A stretch of 64,000 nt of DNA from Spirochaetia bacterium. GTDB taxonomy: Bacteria; Spirochaetota; Spirochaetia; SZUA-6; Bin103. The stretch spans positions 480,001-544,000 of the forward strand of contig OZ241863.1 of NCBI GenBank assembly GCA_965203055.1, in the 5' to 3' direction. Position 1 is the stretch's first letter, and every line of letters begins with the position of its first letter. Of the stretch, positions 52,355 to 62,079 are shown in pieces. The position numbers and the translations under genes were made by a program. The notes beneath the pieces are model-generated. The model was not told the origin of the DNA and did no database searches. It saw nothing but the letters and a program-made list of their open reading frames with translations.

Positions 52355-52486
52355 GGCGGGATTGCGGCCGGGGCCGCGGCGGGTCAGCCGATTGCTCCGG
52401 CTGCTCAGTACCTTTCCCACTCGGCGCCCTTGCAGGGTAAGCTGAAGGGCAACCTACGTAATCCCGTAAGAGGGGAGGTTCACATT

Positions 52487-54520
52487 ATGCGTAAACCGTA
52501 CTGGGCAGCCCTTGCTGCCATCGTCCTGTGCGCCGGCACGGCGTTTGCCGCAGGCGAAACCGAAGGGGGCGGCAGCGACGCCGCCATGGGCGACATGGGC
52601 GGCGCCATGATGGTGGACTTCGAGCCTACCCGGCAGGTGGTGCAATACAACACCATCGCCGACTATGAACGCGCGACCGGGAACAAGATCAGCTCGTTCC
52701 AGCAGTCGCCGATGCTCGATCCGCTGGTGGCCAACGGCTCGCTGCCGCCGGTGGAAGACCGGCTGCCGGATGAACCGCTGGTGATGCAGCCGGCCGACCG
52801 CATCGCCGAGTACGGCGGCACCATGATCAACGGCCACGAAGGCAACGTCGACTTCCTCGAAGACCTGCTGCGCGAGTTCCCGCACGTGTACGGCTCCGAC
52901 ATGCAGGGCGTGCTGCCCAACGTGTTCATGCAGGCCGACACCAGCGCCGACGGCAGGACGACCACCTTCACCATCCGTCCCGGGATCAAGTGGTCGGACG
53001 GCGAGCCGTTCGGGGCGGACGACTTCATGTTCTGGTACGAGGCGGTCGCGCTCAACCAGGAGTTGCGGCCCAACGGGGTGAACAACATGAAGGCCGGCGG
53101 GGAGATGGGAACGGTCGCCAAGGTGGACGACAACACCATCGTGATGACCTTCCGGGCGCCGTACGGGGTGTTGCACGAGCGCCTCAACCGGTGGCGGCCG
53201 ATGCCGTACCGCCCGGCGCACTACCTGAAGCAGTTCCATCCCGGCTACACCGACGCCGGCGAGGTGGCCGCCGCCGCCAAGGAGAAGGGGTTCAACACCT
53301 GGGTCGAGCTGTTCTGGGACGAAGCCTACTGGTACAACAACCCGAACACGCCGACCATCTTCGCCTGGCGCACGCTCAACCGGGGCAACAGCGCGCCGGT
53401 GCAGGAGCTGGAGCGCAACCCCTACTACTGGAAGATCGACATCGCCGGCAACCAGCTTCCCTACATCGACCGCGTGAGCCGCCCCAACATGGGCGACCGC
53501 GAGGCGATTCTGCTCAAGGTGCTGGCCGGCGAGAACGACTACATGAATCCGTACACCCTCGGTTTCAGCACCAACTACCCGGTACTGAAGCAGAACGAGG
53601 AGCGCGGCGGGTACCGGCTCTATCCGCAGTTCGGCTGGTCGAACGTGGTGGGGGTCGTCGTCTTCAACATGTCGATCGACGATCCGGTGCTGCGCGAGCT
53701 GTTCCGCGACAAGGAGTTCCGCATCGCGCTGTCGATCGGCTACGACCGCGACGAGATCAACGAGGTGGTGTTCAGCGGGCAATACAAGCCGTCCCAGGTG
53801 GCGCCCCCCGACTCGTCGGTGTACGACGGCGGCAGCGCCGCCTTCAAGCAACACATCGAGCATGACCCGGACCGGGCCAACCAGATACTGGACGGTCTCG
53901 GCCTGACCTGGAACAGCGACCGCAGCCAGCGCCTGCTGCCGGACGGGCGTCCGTTCGAGCTGGTGGCGCAGGTGCATACCGGCTGGATTCAGCAGGTGCC
54001 GATCGCCGAGCTGATCGCGCAGGGCTGGGAAGACCTCGGCCTCAAGACCGTCATTCGGCCGCTGCAGGGCAGCGACCACTCGGCGCGCCGGTCGGCGGGC
54101 GACTACGAACTGCAGATTCGTCCGGTCAACTGGGCCGGCGTCGCGCCGATCATCGGCGCGCTGCGCTGCGAGCCGGTGCCGATCTGCCCCAACTGGTTGG
54201 TCAATCCGCCGTGGGCGCGCTGGGTCCTGACCGGAGGCGCCGACGGCGAGGAGCCGCCGGCGGGGGTGAAGCGGTTGTATCAGATCTTCGAGGAGTTCCT
54301 GGCCGAGCCCGACGCCCAAAAGCGGTTCGAGCTGGAAGCTGAGATGTACCGCATCCACCAGGACAACCTGTGGCTGATCGGCTCCATCAAGCAGCCGGCG
54401 GACCTGCTGCAGATCCGCTACGCGCCGTTCTCCAACCGCATGTACAACATTCCCGACCCGGTGGCGCCCGAGTGGTATTACTCCGCTCCCGAAACCTGGG
54501 CCTACCGCGCCGACGGCTGA
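52487..54520 (+). CDS. ABC substrate-binding protein family 5, copy 1
   Basis: Signal peptide; LPPVEDRLP, YGG, KWSDG.PF.ADD, RNPYYWK.D..GNQLPYID. Confidence 0.9.
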   Translation: MRKPYWAALAAIVLCAGTAFAAGETEGGGSDAAMGDMGGAMMVDFEPTRQVVQYNTIADYERATGNKISSFQQSPMLDPLVANGSLPPVEDRLPDEPLVMQPADRIAEYGGTMINGHEGNVDFLEDLLREFPHVYGSDMQGVLPNVFMQADTSADGRTTTFTIRPGIKWSDGEPFGADDFMFWYEAVALNQELRPNGVNNMKAGGEMGTVAKVDDNTIVMTFRAPYGVLHERLNRWRPMPYRPAHYLKQFHPGYTDAGEVAAAAKEKGFNTWVELFWDEAYWYNNPNTPTIFAWRTLNRGNSAPVQELERNPYYWKIDIAGNQLPYIDRVSRPNMGDREAILLKVLAGENDYMNPYTLGFSTNYPVLKQNEERGGYRLYPQFGWSNVVGVVVFNMSIDDPVLRELFRDKEFRIALSIGYDRDEINEVVFSGQYKPSQVAPPDSSVYDGGSAAFKQHIEHDPDRANQILDGLGLTWNSDRSQRLLPDGRPFELVAQVHTGWIQQVPIAELIAQGWEDLGLKTVIRPLQGSDHSARRSAGDYELQIRPVNWAGVAPIIGALRCEPVPICPNWLVNPPWARWVLTGGADGEEPPAGVKRLYQIFEEFLAEPDAQKRFELEAEMYRIHQDNLWLIGSIKQPADLLQIRYAPFSNRMYNIPDPVAPEWYYSAPETWAYRADG

Positions 54521-54533
54521 CCGGCGGCCTGTG

Positions 54534-55562
54534 ATGCGTTTGGCAGCTCTTTCGTACAGTCATCATGGGCGCGGCATCGCCGCCGCCGCGCGCGACCTTG
54601 GCCATGAGGTGGTCGCGGTCATGGACCCGGAGGCGGAGCCGCGGCAGCAACTGGAGCAGCAGTTCCACTGTCCCGGCTACGCGGCGGCCGGCGCCTGCCT
54701 GGACGCGGCCCGGCCCGACGCCGCCATCGTGTGCGGCAAGCACGTCGCCATTCCCGGCTACGTGCAGGCGTGCGTCGACCGCCGGATTCCCTATCTGCTG
54801 GACAAGCCGTTCGCGGACTGCGCCGCGCGCCTGCGGCCGGCCGCCGAGGCCACCATCGCGCACGGCGTCCCGCACGCCCTTACCCTGCCCAACCGCGGCA
54901 GCCTGCTGGTCGAGAAGGTGGCGCGGATGACGGCGGACGGCAGTCTCGGCGACTTGATCCTGTACAGCAGCCGGCTCAACAACGGGCCGCCGACCCGCTA
55001 CGACCCGACCCCCTCCTACTGGCTCAACCTGCCGGCGCAGTCGGGCGGCGGCTCGTGGATCGTGGAGGCATCGCACGGCATCGACACCTTTCTCCAGTTC
55101 GCCGGCGCCGGGCCGGTCACGGTGGTGGGCGGCGTGCTCTCCAACCTGCTGCACCGCCGCGCGGTGGAAGACACCGCGGTGGGCGTGATCCGCACCGCAA
55201 CGGGAGTCACCGGGATCATCGAGTCGGGTTTCAACTACCCCTCCGGCGCGCGCGCCGGCGACCACTTCTTTCGCTTCGTGGGCAGCAAGGCAACGGTGAT
55301 CGAACGCTACGGCGACCGCGGCGAACCGCTGATCGAAGTGCACACCGGCGGCGGCGCGGCGATCACCCCGGACCTTGGCCACGGCGAACGGATGCGGCGC
55401 GTGGTGCAATGGGGCCTGGAGGCGATTGCCGAGGGGCGCAGCGGCGATCCCGACGTGATGCAGGCGGTGCGGGTGCTGGAAGTGCAGGACGCGGTGTACG
55501 AGTACGCGCGTACCACCGCCGCCGCGGCCGGCCCCTTCCCCCTCGGCGCCCCTGCAGGGTAA
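54534..55562 (+). CDS. Gfo/Idh/MocA oxidoreductase
   Basis: LLDKP, SGGG....ASHGID, VED. Confidence 0.8.
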   Translation: MRLAALSYSHHGRGIAAAARDLGHEVVAVMDPEAEPRQQLEQQFHCPGYAAAGACLDAARPDAAIVCGKHVAIPGYVQACVDRRIPYLLDKPFADCAARLRPAAEATIAHGVPHALTLPNRGSLLVEKVARMTADGSLGDLILYSSRLNNGPPTRYDPTPSYWLNLPAQSGGGSWIVEASHGIDTFLQFAGAGPVTVVGGVLSNLLHRRAVEDTAVGVIRTATGVTGIIESGFNYPSGARAGDHFFRFVGSKATVIERYGDRGEPLIEVHTGGGAAITPDLGHGERMRRVVQWGLEAIAEGRSGDPDVMQAVRVLEVQDAVYEYARTTAAAAGPFPLGAPAG

Positions 55563-55604
55563 GCTGGGCGGAACCTACGTATCCCGTAAGAGGAGGCTCA
55601 CATT

Positions 55605-57638
55605 ATGCGTAAACCGTACTGGGCAGCCCTTGCTGCCATCGTCCTGTGCGCCGGCACGGCGTTTGCCGCAGGCGAAACCGAAGGGGGCGGCAGCGACGCC
55701 GCCATGGACGACATGGGCGGCGCCATGATGGTTGACTTCGAGCCCACCCGCCAGGTGGTGCAGTACAACACCATCGGCGACTACGAACGCGCGACCGGGA
55801 ACAGCATCAGTTCGTTCCAGCAGTCGCCGGTGCTCGATCCGCTGGTGGCCAACGGCTCGCTGCCGCCGGTGGAAGACCGGCTGCCGGATGAACCGCTGGT
55901 AATGCAGCCGGCCGACCGCATCGCCGAGTACGGCGGCACCATGATCAACGGCCACGAAGGCAACGTCGACTTCCTCGAAGACCTGCTGCGCGAGTTCCCG
56001 CACGTGTACGGCTCCGACATGCAGGGCGTGTTGCCCAACGTGTTCATGCAGGCCGACACCAGCGCCGACGGCAGGACGACCACGTTCACCATCCGTCCCG
56101 GGATCAAGTGGTCGGACGGCCAGCCGTTCGGGGCGGACGACTTCATGTTCTGGTATGAGGCGATAGCGCTCAACGAGGAGCTGCGGCCCAACGGGGTGAA
56201 CAACATGAAGGCAGGCGGGGAGATGGGAACGGTCGCCAAGGTAGACGACAACACCATCGTGATGACCTTCCGGGCGCCGTACGGGGTGCTGCACGAGCGT
56301 CTCAACCGGTGGCGGCCGATGCCGTACCGCCCGGCGCACTACCTGAAGCAGTTCCATCCCGGCTACACCGACGCCGGCGAGGTGGACGCGACGGCCAAGG
56401 AGAGGGGGTTCAACTCGTGGGCCGAGCTGTTCTGGGACGAAGCCTACTGGTACAACAACCCGAACACGCCGACCATCTTCGCCTGGCGCACGCTCAACCG
56501 GGGCAACAGCGCGCCGGTGCAGGAGTTGGAGCGCAACCCCTACTACTGGAAGATCGACATCGCGGGCAACCAGCTTCCCTACATCGACCGGGTAAGCCGC
56601 CCCAACATGGGCGACCGCGAAGCGATTCTGCTCAAGGTAATGGCCGGCGAGAACGACTACATGAACCCGTACACCCTCGGCTACGCCACCAACTACCCGG
56701 TGCTGAAGCAGAACGAGGACCGCGGCGGATACCGGCTCTATCCGCAGTTCGGCTGGTCGGACGTGCTGGGGGTCATCACCTTCAACATGTCGATCGACGA
56801 TCCGGTGCTGCGCGAGCTGTTCCGCGACAAGGACTTTCGCATCGCGCTGTCGATCGGCTACGACCGCGACGAGATCAACGAGGTGGTGTTCAAGGGACAG
56901 TACAAGCCGTCGCAGGTGGCGCCGCCCGACTCGTCGGTGTACGACGGCGGCAGCGCGGCCTTCAAGCAGCACATGGAGCACGACCCGGACCGCGCCAACC
57001 AGATTCTGGACGGTCTTGGCCTGACCTGGAACGGCGACCGCAGCCAGCGCATGCTGCCGGACGGGCGTCCGTTCGAGCTGGTGGCGCAGGTGCATACCGG
57101 CTGGATTCAGCAGGTGCCGATCGCCGAGCTGATCGCGCAGGGCTGGGAGGACCTTGGCCTCAAGACCGTCATTCGGCCACTGCAGGGCAGCGACCACTCG
57201 GCGCGCCGGTCATCCGGCGACTACGAGCTGCAGATTCGTCCGGTCAACTGGGCGGGCGCCGCGCCGATCATCGGCGCGCTGCGCTGCGAACCGGTGCCGG
57301 TCTGTCCCAACTGGCTGGTCAATCCGCCGTGGGCGCGCTGGGTCCTGACCGGCGGCGCCGACGGCGAGGAGCCGCCGGCGGGGGTGAAGCGGTTGTATCA
57401 GATCTTCGAGGAGTTCCTGGCTGAGACCGACGCCCAAAAGCGGTTCGACCTGGAAGCGGAGATGTACCGCATCCACCAGGACAACTTGTGGATCATCGGC
57501 TCCATCAAGCAGCCGGCGGACCTGGTGCAGGTCTACTACGCGCCGTTCTCCAACCGCATGTACAACATTCCCAACCCGGTGGCGCCCGAGTGGTATTACG
57601 CCGCTCCCGAAACCTGGGCGTACCGCGCCGACGGCTGA
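55605..57638 (+). CDS. ABC substrate-binding protein family 5, copy 2
   Basis: Same motifs as copy 1; SD GGAGG upstream. Confidence 0.9.
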   Translation: MRKPYWAALAAIVLCAGTAFAAGETEGGGSDAAMDDMGGAMMVDFEPTRQVVQYNTIGDYERATGNSISSFQQSPVLDPLVANGSLPPVEDRLPDEPLVMQPADRIAEYGGTMINGHEGNVDFLEDLLREFPHVYGSDMQGVLPNVFMQADTSADGRTTTFTIRPGIKWSDGQPFGADDFMFWYEAIALNEELRPNGVNNMKAGGEMGTVAKVDDNTIVMTFRAPYGVLHERLNRWRPMPYRPAHYLKQFHPGYTDAGEVDATAKERGFNSWAELFWDEAYWYNNPNTPTIFAWRTLNRGNSAPVQELERNPYYWKIDIAGNQLPYIDRVSRPNMGDREAILLKVMAGENDYMNPYTLGYATNYPVLKQNEDRGGYRLYPQFGWSDVLGVITFNMSIDDPVLRELFRDKDFRIALSIGYDRDEINEVVFKGQYKPSQVAPPDSSVYDGGSAAFKQHMEHDPDRANQILDGLGLTWNGDRSQRMLPDGRPFELVAQVHTGWIQQVPIAELIAQGWEDLGLKTVIRPLQGSDHSARRSSGDYELQIRPVNWAGAAPIIGALRCEPVPVCPNWLVNPPWARWVLTGGADGEEPPAGVKRLYQIFEEFLAETDAQKRFDLEAEMYRIHQDNLWIIGSIKQPADLVQVYYAPFSNRMYNIPNPVAPEWYYAAPETWAYRADG

Positions 57639-57688
57639 CCGGCGGCTTCCGGTAGCAGCCGACTGCCGGTAGCGGCCATCCCGCGGGA

Positions 57689-57713
57689 CCCCGCGCCGCC
57701 CGGCGGCGCGGGG
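57689..57713 (+). promoter_or_regulatory. Intercistronic GC stem-loop after the binding-protein gene (mRNA stabiliser or attenuator)
   Basis: ccccgcgccgcc-c-ggcggcgcgggg perfect palindrome, no U tract. Confidence 0.5.
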
Positions 57714-57813
57714 CTCCCCGGCAGGGCGCGCGGCGCCGGGCGCGGCAATCGAAATCGAAAGCCGCGCTGCGGCGCCGGGGCCCGCGGCCGCCGCCGGCGG
57801 ACAGGTCAATCTC

Positions 57814-58800
57814 ATGGCGCGCTTCATCGGCTGGCGGCTGCTGGTCATGATTCCCACGCTGATCATCATCAGCGTGGTGGGCTTCATCATCATTCAGGCG
57901 CCGCCCGGCGACTACGTGACCTCCTACGTCGCGGTGCGCGAGTCGCGCGGCGAGATGGTCGAGCCGGAACTGGTCGACGCGCTGCGCGCCAGCTTCGGCC
58001 TCGACCGGCCGATCCACGTCCAGTACTGGCGCTGGCTCACCAACCTGGTGCAGGGGCGGCTGGGCTACGCGATGCAACTCAAGGAGCCGGTGACCCAGGT
58101 GATCGCGGCCCGGCTGCCGGCCAGCATCTCCATCTCGCTGTTCTCGCTGATCATCGTCTACGTGATCGGGGTGCCGATCGGCATTCTGTCCGCCACCCGG
58201 CAGTACTCCGCGGCGGACTACGTGTTCACGGTGATCGGGTTTCTCGGCGTTGCGACGCCCAACTTTCTGTTCGCGCTGGTGATGCTCTGGCTGCTGTTCC
58301 TGTGGACCGGCAACGTGGCCGTGGGGCTCTACTCGCCGGAGTTCCAGAATGCCCCGTTCAGTCTGGCCAAGGTGCTGGACCTGTTGGGTCACATCTGGAT
58401 TCCGGCGCTGGTGGTCGCCACCGCCGGCACCGCGGAGCTGATCCGCACCATGCGCGCCAACCTGCTCGACGAGCTGCACCGGCCCTACGTGATCGTGGCG
58501 CGGGCGCGCGGCGTGGGGCCGACCAAGCTGCTCTACAAGTATCCGCTGCGCATTGCCTTCAACCCGGTGATCAGCACCGTCGGCTGGACCCTGCCGGCGC
58601 TGGTGGAAGGGGAGGTGCTGGTCTCCCTGGTGCTGGGGCTGCCTACCCTGGCGCCGGTGCTGTTGCGCTCGCTGCAGCAGCAGGACATGTTCCTGGCCGC
58701 CAGCATCGTGATGATCCTGGCGCTGCTGACGCTGGTGGGCACGCTGCTCAGCGACATCCTGCTGGCGGTGGTGGACCCGCGCATCCGGGAGGCGGTGTGA
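57814..58800 (+). CDS. ABC permease, DppB/OppB-like
   Basis: PPGD, GLDRP...QY, ARARG, DILLAVVDPRIR. Confidence 0.9.
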   Translation: MARFIGWRLLVMIPTLIIISVVGFIIIQAPPGDYVTSYVAVRESRGEMVEPELVDALRASFGLDRPIHVQYWRWLTNLVQGRLGYAMQLKEPVTQVIAARLPASISISLFSLIIVYVIGVPIGILSATRQYSAADYVFTVIGFLGVATPNFLFALVMLWLLFLWTGNVAVGLYSPEFQNAPFSLAKVLDLLGHIWIPALVVATAGTAELIRTMRANLLDELHRPYVIVARARGVGPTKLLYKYPLRIAFNPVISTVGWTLPALVEGEVLVSLVLGLPTLAPVLLRSLQQQDMFLAASIVMILALLTLVGTLLSDILLAVVDPRIREAV

Positions 58801-59864
58801 GGCGCCGCGGCCGCCGCGCGCGCCGCCGGGAGCGGGCGGAAGTGCCGGAGCTGGCCGGAGATGCGCTGCTCTCGGTGCGCAACCTGCAGACCTGGTTCTT
58901 TTCCCGCGAAGGTGTGGTGCGGGCGGTGGACGGGGTGAGCTTCGAGGTGACGCAGGGGGAGATTCTCGGCATCGCCGGGGAGAGCGGCTGCGGCAAGAGC
59001 GTCACCAGCCAGTCGATTCTGCGCATCGTGCCGGACAACGGCCGCATCGTCGGCGGCCGCATCCTGTTCCGCAGCGACGGCGCCGGCGCCACCCTCGACC
59101 TTGCCGCCGAGGAAGCGGACGGCGCGTTGATTCGCAGCATCCGCGGCAAGGAAATCGCCATGGTGTTCCAGGAGCCGATGACCTCGTTCAGCCCGGTGCA
59201 CACGATTGGCAACCAGATCATCGAAACGGTGCGCATCCACCAGCAGGTCAGCGAGCAGCAGGCGCGCGCCCAGGCGCTGGAGATGCTGCGCCGCGTCGGC
59301 ATGCCGAGCCCGGCGCAGAACATCGACCAATACACCTTCAACCTCTCCGGCGGCATGCGGCAGCGCGCGATGGTGGCCATGGCGCTGGCGTGTCAGCCCA
59401 AGCTGCTCATTGCCGACGAGCCCACCACCGCGGTGGACGTCACGATCCAGGCGCAGATGCTGGAGCTGATGCGCGAGATTCAGGCCGAGTTGGGGATGGC
59501 GATCATCATGATCACCCATGACCTGGGCGTGATCGCCGAGATGTGCGATCGGGTGATGATCATGTATCTCGGCAAGGAGGTGGAGTACGGCGCCGTGGAG
59601 GACATATTCCACCGCCCGCAGCACCCCTACACGCGCGGTCTGTTGGCCTCGATTCCGAAGATGGAGCCGGGGCGGGTGGAGATCGACCCGATCGAGGGGG
59701 TAGTGCCGAGCCCCTACGCGATGCCGGCCGGCTGCAAGTTCCATCCCCGCTGCCGCGACCTCATGGCCGGGGTGTGCGAGCGGCGCGACCCGCCGCTTAC
59801 CGACGTCGCCCCCGGGCACGCGGTGAGCTGCTTTCTGTACGGCGGCCGCGAGGAGGTAGCGTAG
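58797..59864 (+). CDS. ABC ATPase, DppD/OppD-like
   Basis: GESGCGKS, LSGGMRQR, ADEPTT, HPYT, GCKFHPRC; start uncertain. Confidence 0.9.
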   Translation: MRRRGRRARRRERAEVPELAGDALLSVRNLQTWFFSREGVVRAVDGVSFEVTQGEILGIAGESGCGKSVTSQSILRIVPDNGRIVGGRILFRSDGAGATLDLAAEEADGALIRSIRGKEIAMVFQEPMTSFSPVHTIGNQIIETVRIHQQVSEQQARAQALEMLRRVGMPSPAQNIDQYTFNLSGGMRQRAMVAMALACQPKLLIADEPTTAVDVTIQAQMLELMREIQAELGMAIIMITHDLGVIAEMCDRVMIMYLGKEVEYGAVEDIFHRPQHPYTRGLLASIPKMEPGRVEIDPIEGVVPSPYAMPAGCKFHPRCRDLMAGVCERRDPPLTDVAPGHAVSCFLYGGREEVA

Positions 59865-59865
59865 C

Positions 59866-60921
59866 GTGAGCGCGCCGCCGCCGATCGTGGCCGTACGCAA
59901 TCTGGTCAAGCACTTCCCCGTCGAGCGCGGCTTCCTGCGCCGCAAGGTGGGGTTGGTGAAGGCGGTGGACGACGTGAGCTTCGAGCTGAACTCGGGCGAA
60001 ACGCTGGCCCTGGTAGGCGAGAGCGGCTGCGGCAAGACCACCACCGGGCGCTGCGTCATCCAGGCGCTCAAGCCCACCTCCGGCGCCGTGTGGTTCGCGC
60101 TCGACGGGGCCGCTCCGGTCGATCTGACCCGCCTGGAGTTGCGCGAGCTGAAGCTGGCGCGGCGCAACATCCGCATGATCTATCAGGATCCCTATTCCTC
60201 CCTGAACGCGCGCATGACCCTGCTGCAGATCATCGGCGAGCCGCTGGTGATCAACCGGTTCACCTCCGGGCGCGCCGAGCTGCAGGAGCGGGTGGCGGAG
60301 CTGTTGCGCATGGTGCGCCTGGATCCGGCGCTGATGAACCGCTATCCGCACGCCTTCAGCGGCGGCCAGCGGCAGCGCATCGCCATCGCGCGCGCCCTGG
60401 CCCTGCAGCCCAAGGTGGTGATCGCCGACGAGCCGGTGTCCGCCCTGGACGTCTCGGTGCAGGCGCAGATTCTCAATCTGCTCAAGGAGCTGCAGACCCG
60501 GCTCGGGCTCACCTACCTGTTCGTGGCGCATAACCTGGCGGTGGTGAAGTACGAGGCGGAGCGGGTGGCGGTGATGTACGCCGGCAAGATCGTGGAAACC
60601 GCGGAGACCGAAGAACTGTACCTGCGGCCGCGCCATCCCTACACCGAGGCGTTGATGTCGGCGGCGCCCAACCCGGATCCCGCCACCCGCGACCGGCCGC
60701 GCATCGTGCTGCGCGGCGAGGTGGCGGATCCGAGCAATCTCCCGGCCGGCTGCGCGTTTCACCCGCGTTGCCACTACGCGCAGGAGCGGTGCCGCGCCGA
60801 GGCGCCGAGGCTGCGGGCGGTGGCGCCGCAGCGGGCGCAGGAGGCGCCGCATCAGGCGGCCTGCCACTTTGCCGAGGAGCTGGCCCTGGCCGGCATCAAG
60901 CCGCCGGAAGCGGTCGCATGA
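59866..60921 (+). CDS. ABC ATPase, DppF/OppF-like
   Basis: GESGCGKT, FSGGQRQR, DEPVSALD, GCAFHPRC. Confidence 0.9.
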   Translation: MSAPPPIVAVRNLVKHFPVERGFLRRKVGLVKAVDDVSFELNSGETLALVGESGCGKTTTGRCVIQALKPTSGAVWFALDGAAPVDLTRLELRELKLARRNIRMIYQDPYSSLNARMTLLQIIGEPLVINRFTSGRAELQERVAELLRMVRLDPALMNRYPHAFSGGQRQRIAIARALALQPKVVIADEPVSALDVSVQAQILNLLKELQTRLGLTYLFVAHNLAVVKYEAERVAVMYAGKIVETAETEELYLRPRHPYTEALMSAAPNPDPATRDRPRIVLRGEVADPSNLPAGCAFHPRCHYAQERCRAEAPRLRAVAPQRAQEAPHQAACHFAEELALAGIKPPEAVA

Positions 60922-62075
60922 GCGATGGCCGCATGAGCGCGCCTGCTGCCACCGCGCCCGCCGCGCCCGCGGGCGCGCCCGCCCAGCGGCTGCTGGTCGC
61001 GTCCCAGTGGCAACTCATCCGCTGGCGCTTCGTCAAGCACCGCCTGGCGGTGGCGGCGCTGGTGGTGCTGGCGCTGTTCTATCTGGCCGGCATCTTCGCC
61101 GAGTTCGTGGCGCCCTACGACCCCTACAAGTTCGTCGACGAGCTGACCCTGGCGCCGCCGCAGCGCATCCACTTCCGCGACGCCGAGGGGCGCTTCCACC
61201 TGCGCCCGTTCGTGCACCCCCAGGTCAAGTCGCTGGACGAAGTGACCTGGGCGACGATCTACACCGAGAACACCGCGCTGCGCCATCCGCTGCATCTGTT
61301 CGTGCGCGGCGACCCCTACCGGCTGTGGGGGCTGTTCGAGAGCGACCTCCACCTGTTCGGCGTCCGCGATCCCGAAGCCCGCTTCTCGCTGCTCGGCCAT
61401 GACACGGTGGGCCGCGACCTGTTCACGCGCATCGTCTACGGCGCGCGCATCTCGCTGACCATCGGCCTGTTGGGCATTGCGGTGAGCTTCTTCCTCGGCA
61501 CCCTCATCGGCGGGCTGTCGGGCTACCTGGGCGGGCGCGTGGACATGGCGATTCAGCGCATCATCGAGTCGTTGCGCGCCATCCCGACGCTGCCGCTGTG
61601 GATGAGCCTGAGCGTGGCGCTGCCGCCCAACTGGCCGGTCACCAAGACCTACTTCGCGATCGTGGTCATCCTCTCGATCGTCGGCTGGACCAGCATCGCG
61701 CGGGTGGTGCGCGGGCGCTTCCTGGCGGTGCGCGAGGAGGACTTCGTGGGGGCGGCGGTGCTGGACGGCGCCGGCAACGTGCGCATCATCTTTCGCTATC
61801 TCTTGCCGTCGTTCATGAGCTACATCATTGCCCGGCTCACCCTGGCGATACCGCAAATGATCCTGGGCGAGACCGCGCTGAGCTTCATCGGCCTGGGGAT
61901 GCAGGCGCCGGCGATCAGTTGGGGAGTGCTGCTCAAGGAGGCGCAGGCGATTCGCGTGCTCGCCGAGTCGCCCTGGATCCTGCTGCCGGCGGCGTTCGTG
62001 GTGGTGAGCATCCTGGCCTTCAACTTCGTCGGCGACGGGGTGCGCGACGCCGCCGACCCCTACACCCGCGTGTGA
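60918..62075 (+). CDS. ABC permease, DppC/OppC-like
   Basis: GRDLFTR, GARISL, ETALSFIGLG, SWG, GDGVRDAADP. Confidence 0.9.
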   Translation: MSDGRMSAPAATAPAAPAGAPAQRLLVASQWQLIRWRFVKHRLAVAALVVLALFYLAGIFAEFVAPYDPYKFVDELTLAPPQRIHFRDAEGRFHLRPFVHPQVKSLDEVTWATIYTENTALRHPLHLFVRGDPYRLWGLFESDLHLFGVRDPEARFSLLGHDTVGRDLFTRIVYGARISLTIGLLGIAVSFFLGTLIGGLSGYLGGRVDMAIQRIIESLRAIPTLPLWMSLSVALPPNWPVTKTYFAIVVILSIVGWTSIARVVRGRFLAVREEDFVGAAVLDGAGNVRIIFRYLLPSFMSYIIARLTLAIPQMILGETALSFIGLGMQAPAISWGVLLKEAQAIRVLAESPWILLPAAFVVVSILAFNFVGDGVRDAADPYTRV

Positions 62076-62079
62076 GGGC

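Larger units (their letters stand above)
52411..57646 (+). repeat. Direct duplication of about 2.1 kb (52411-54528 and 55533-57646)
   Basis: Near-identical binding-protein genes plus shared upstream ctcggcgccc(t/c)tgcagggtaagctg...tcacattATG and downstream TGAccggcggc. Confidence 0.92.
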
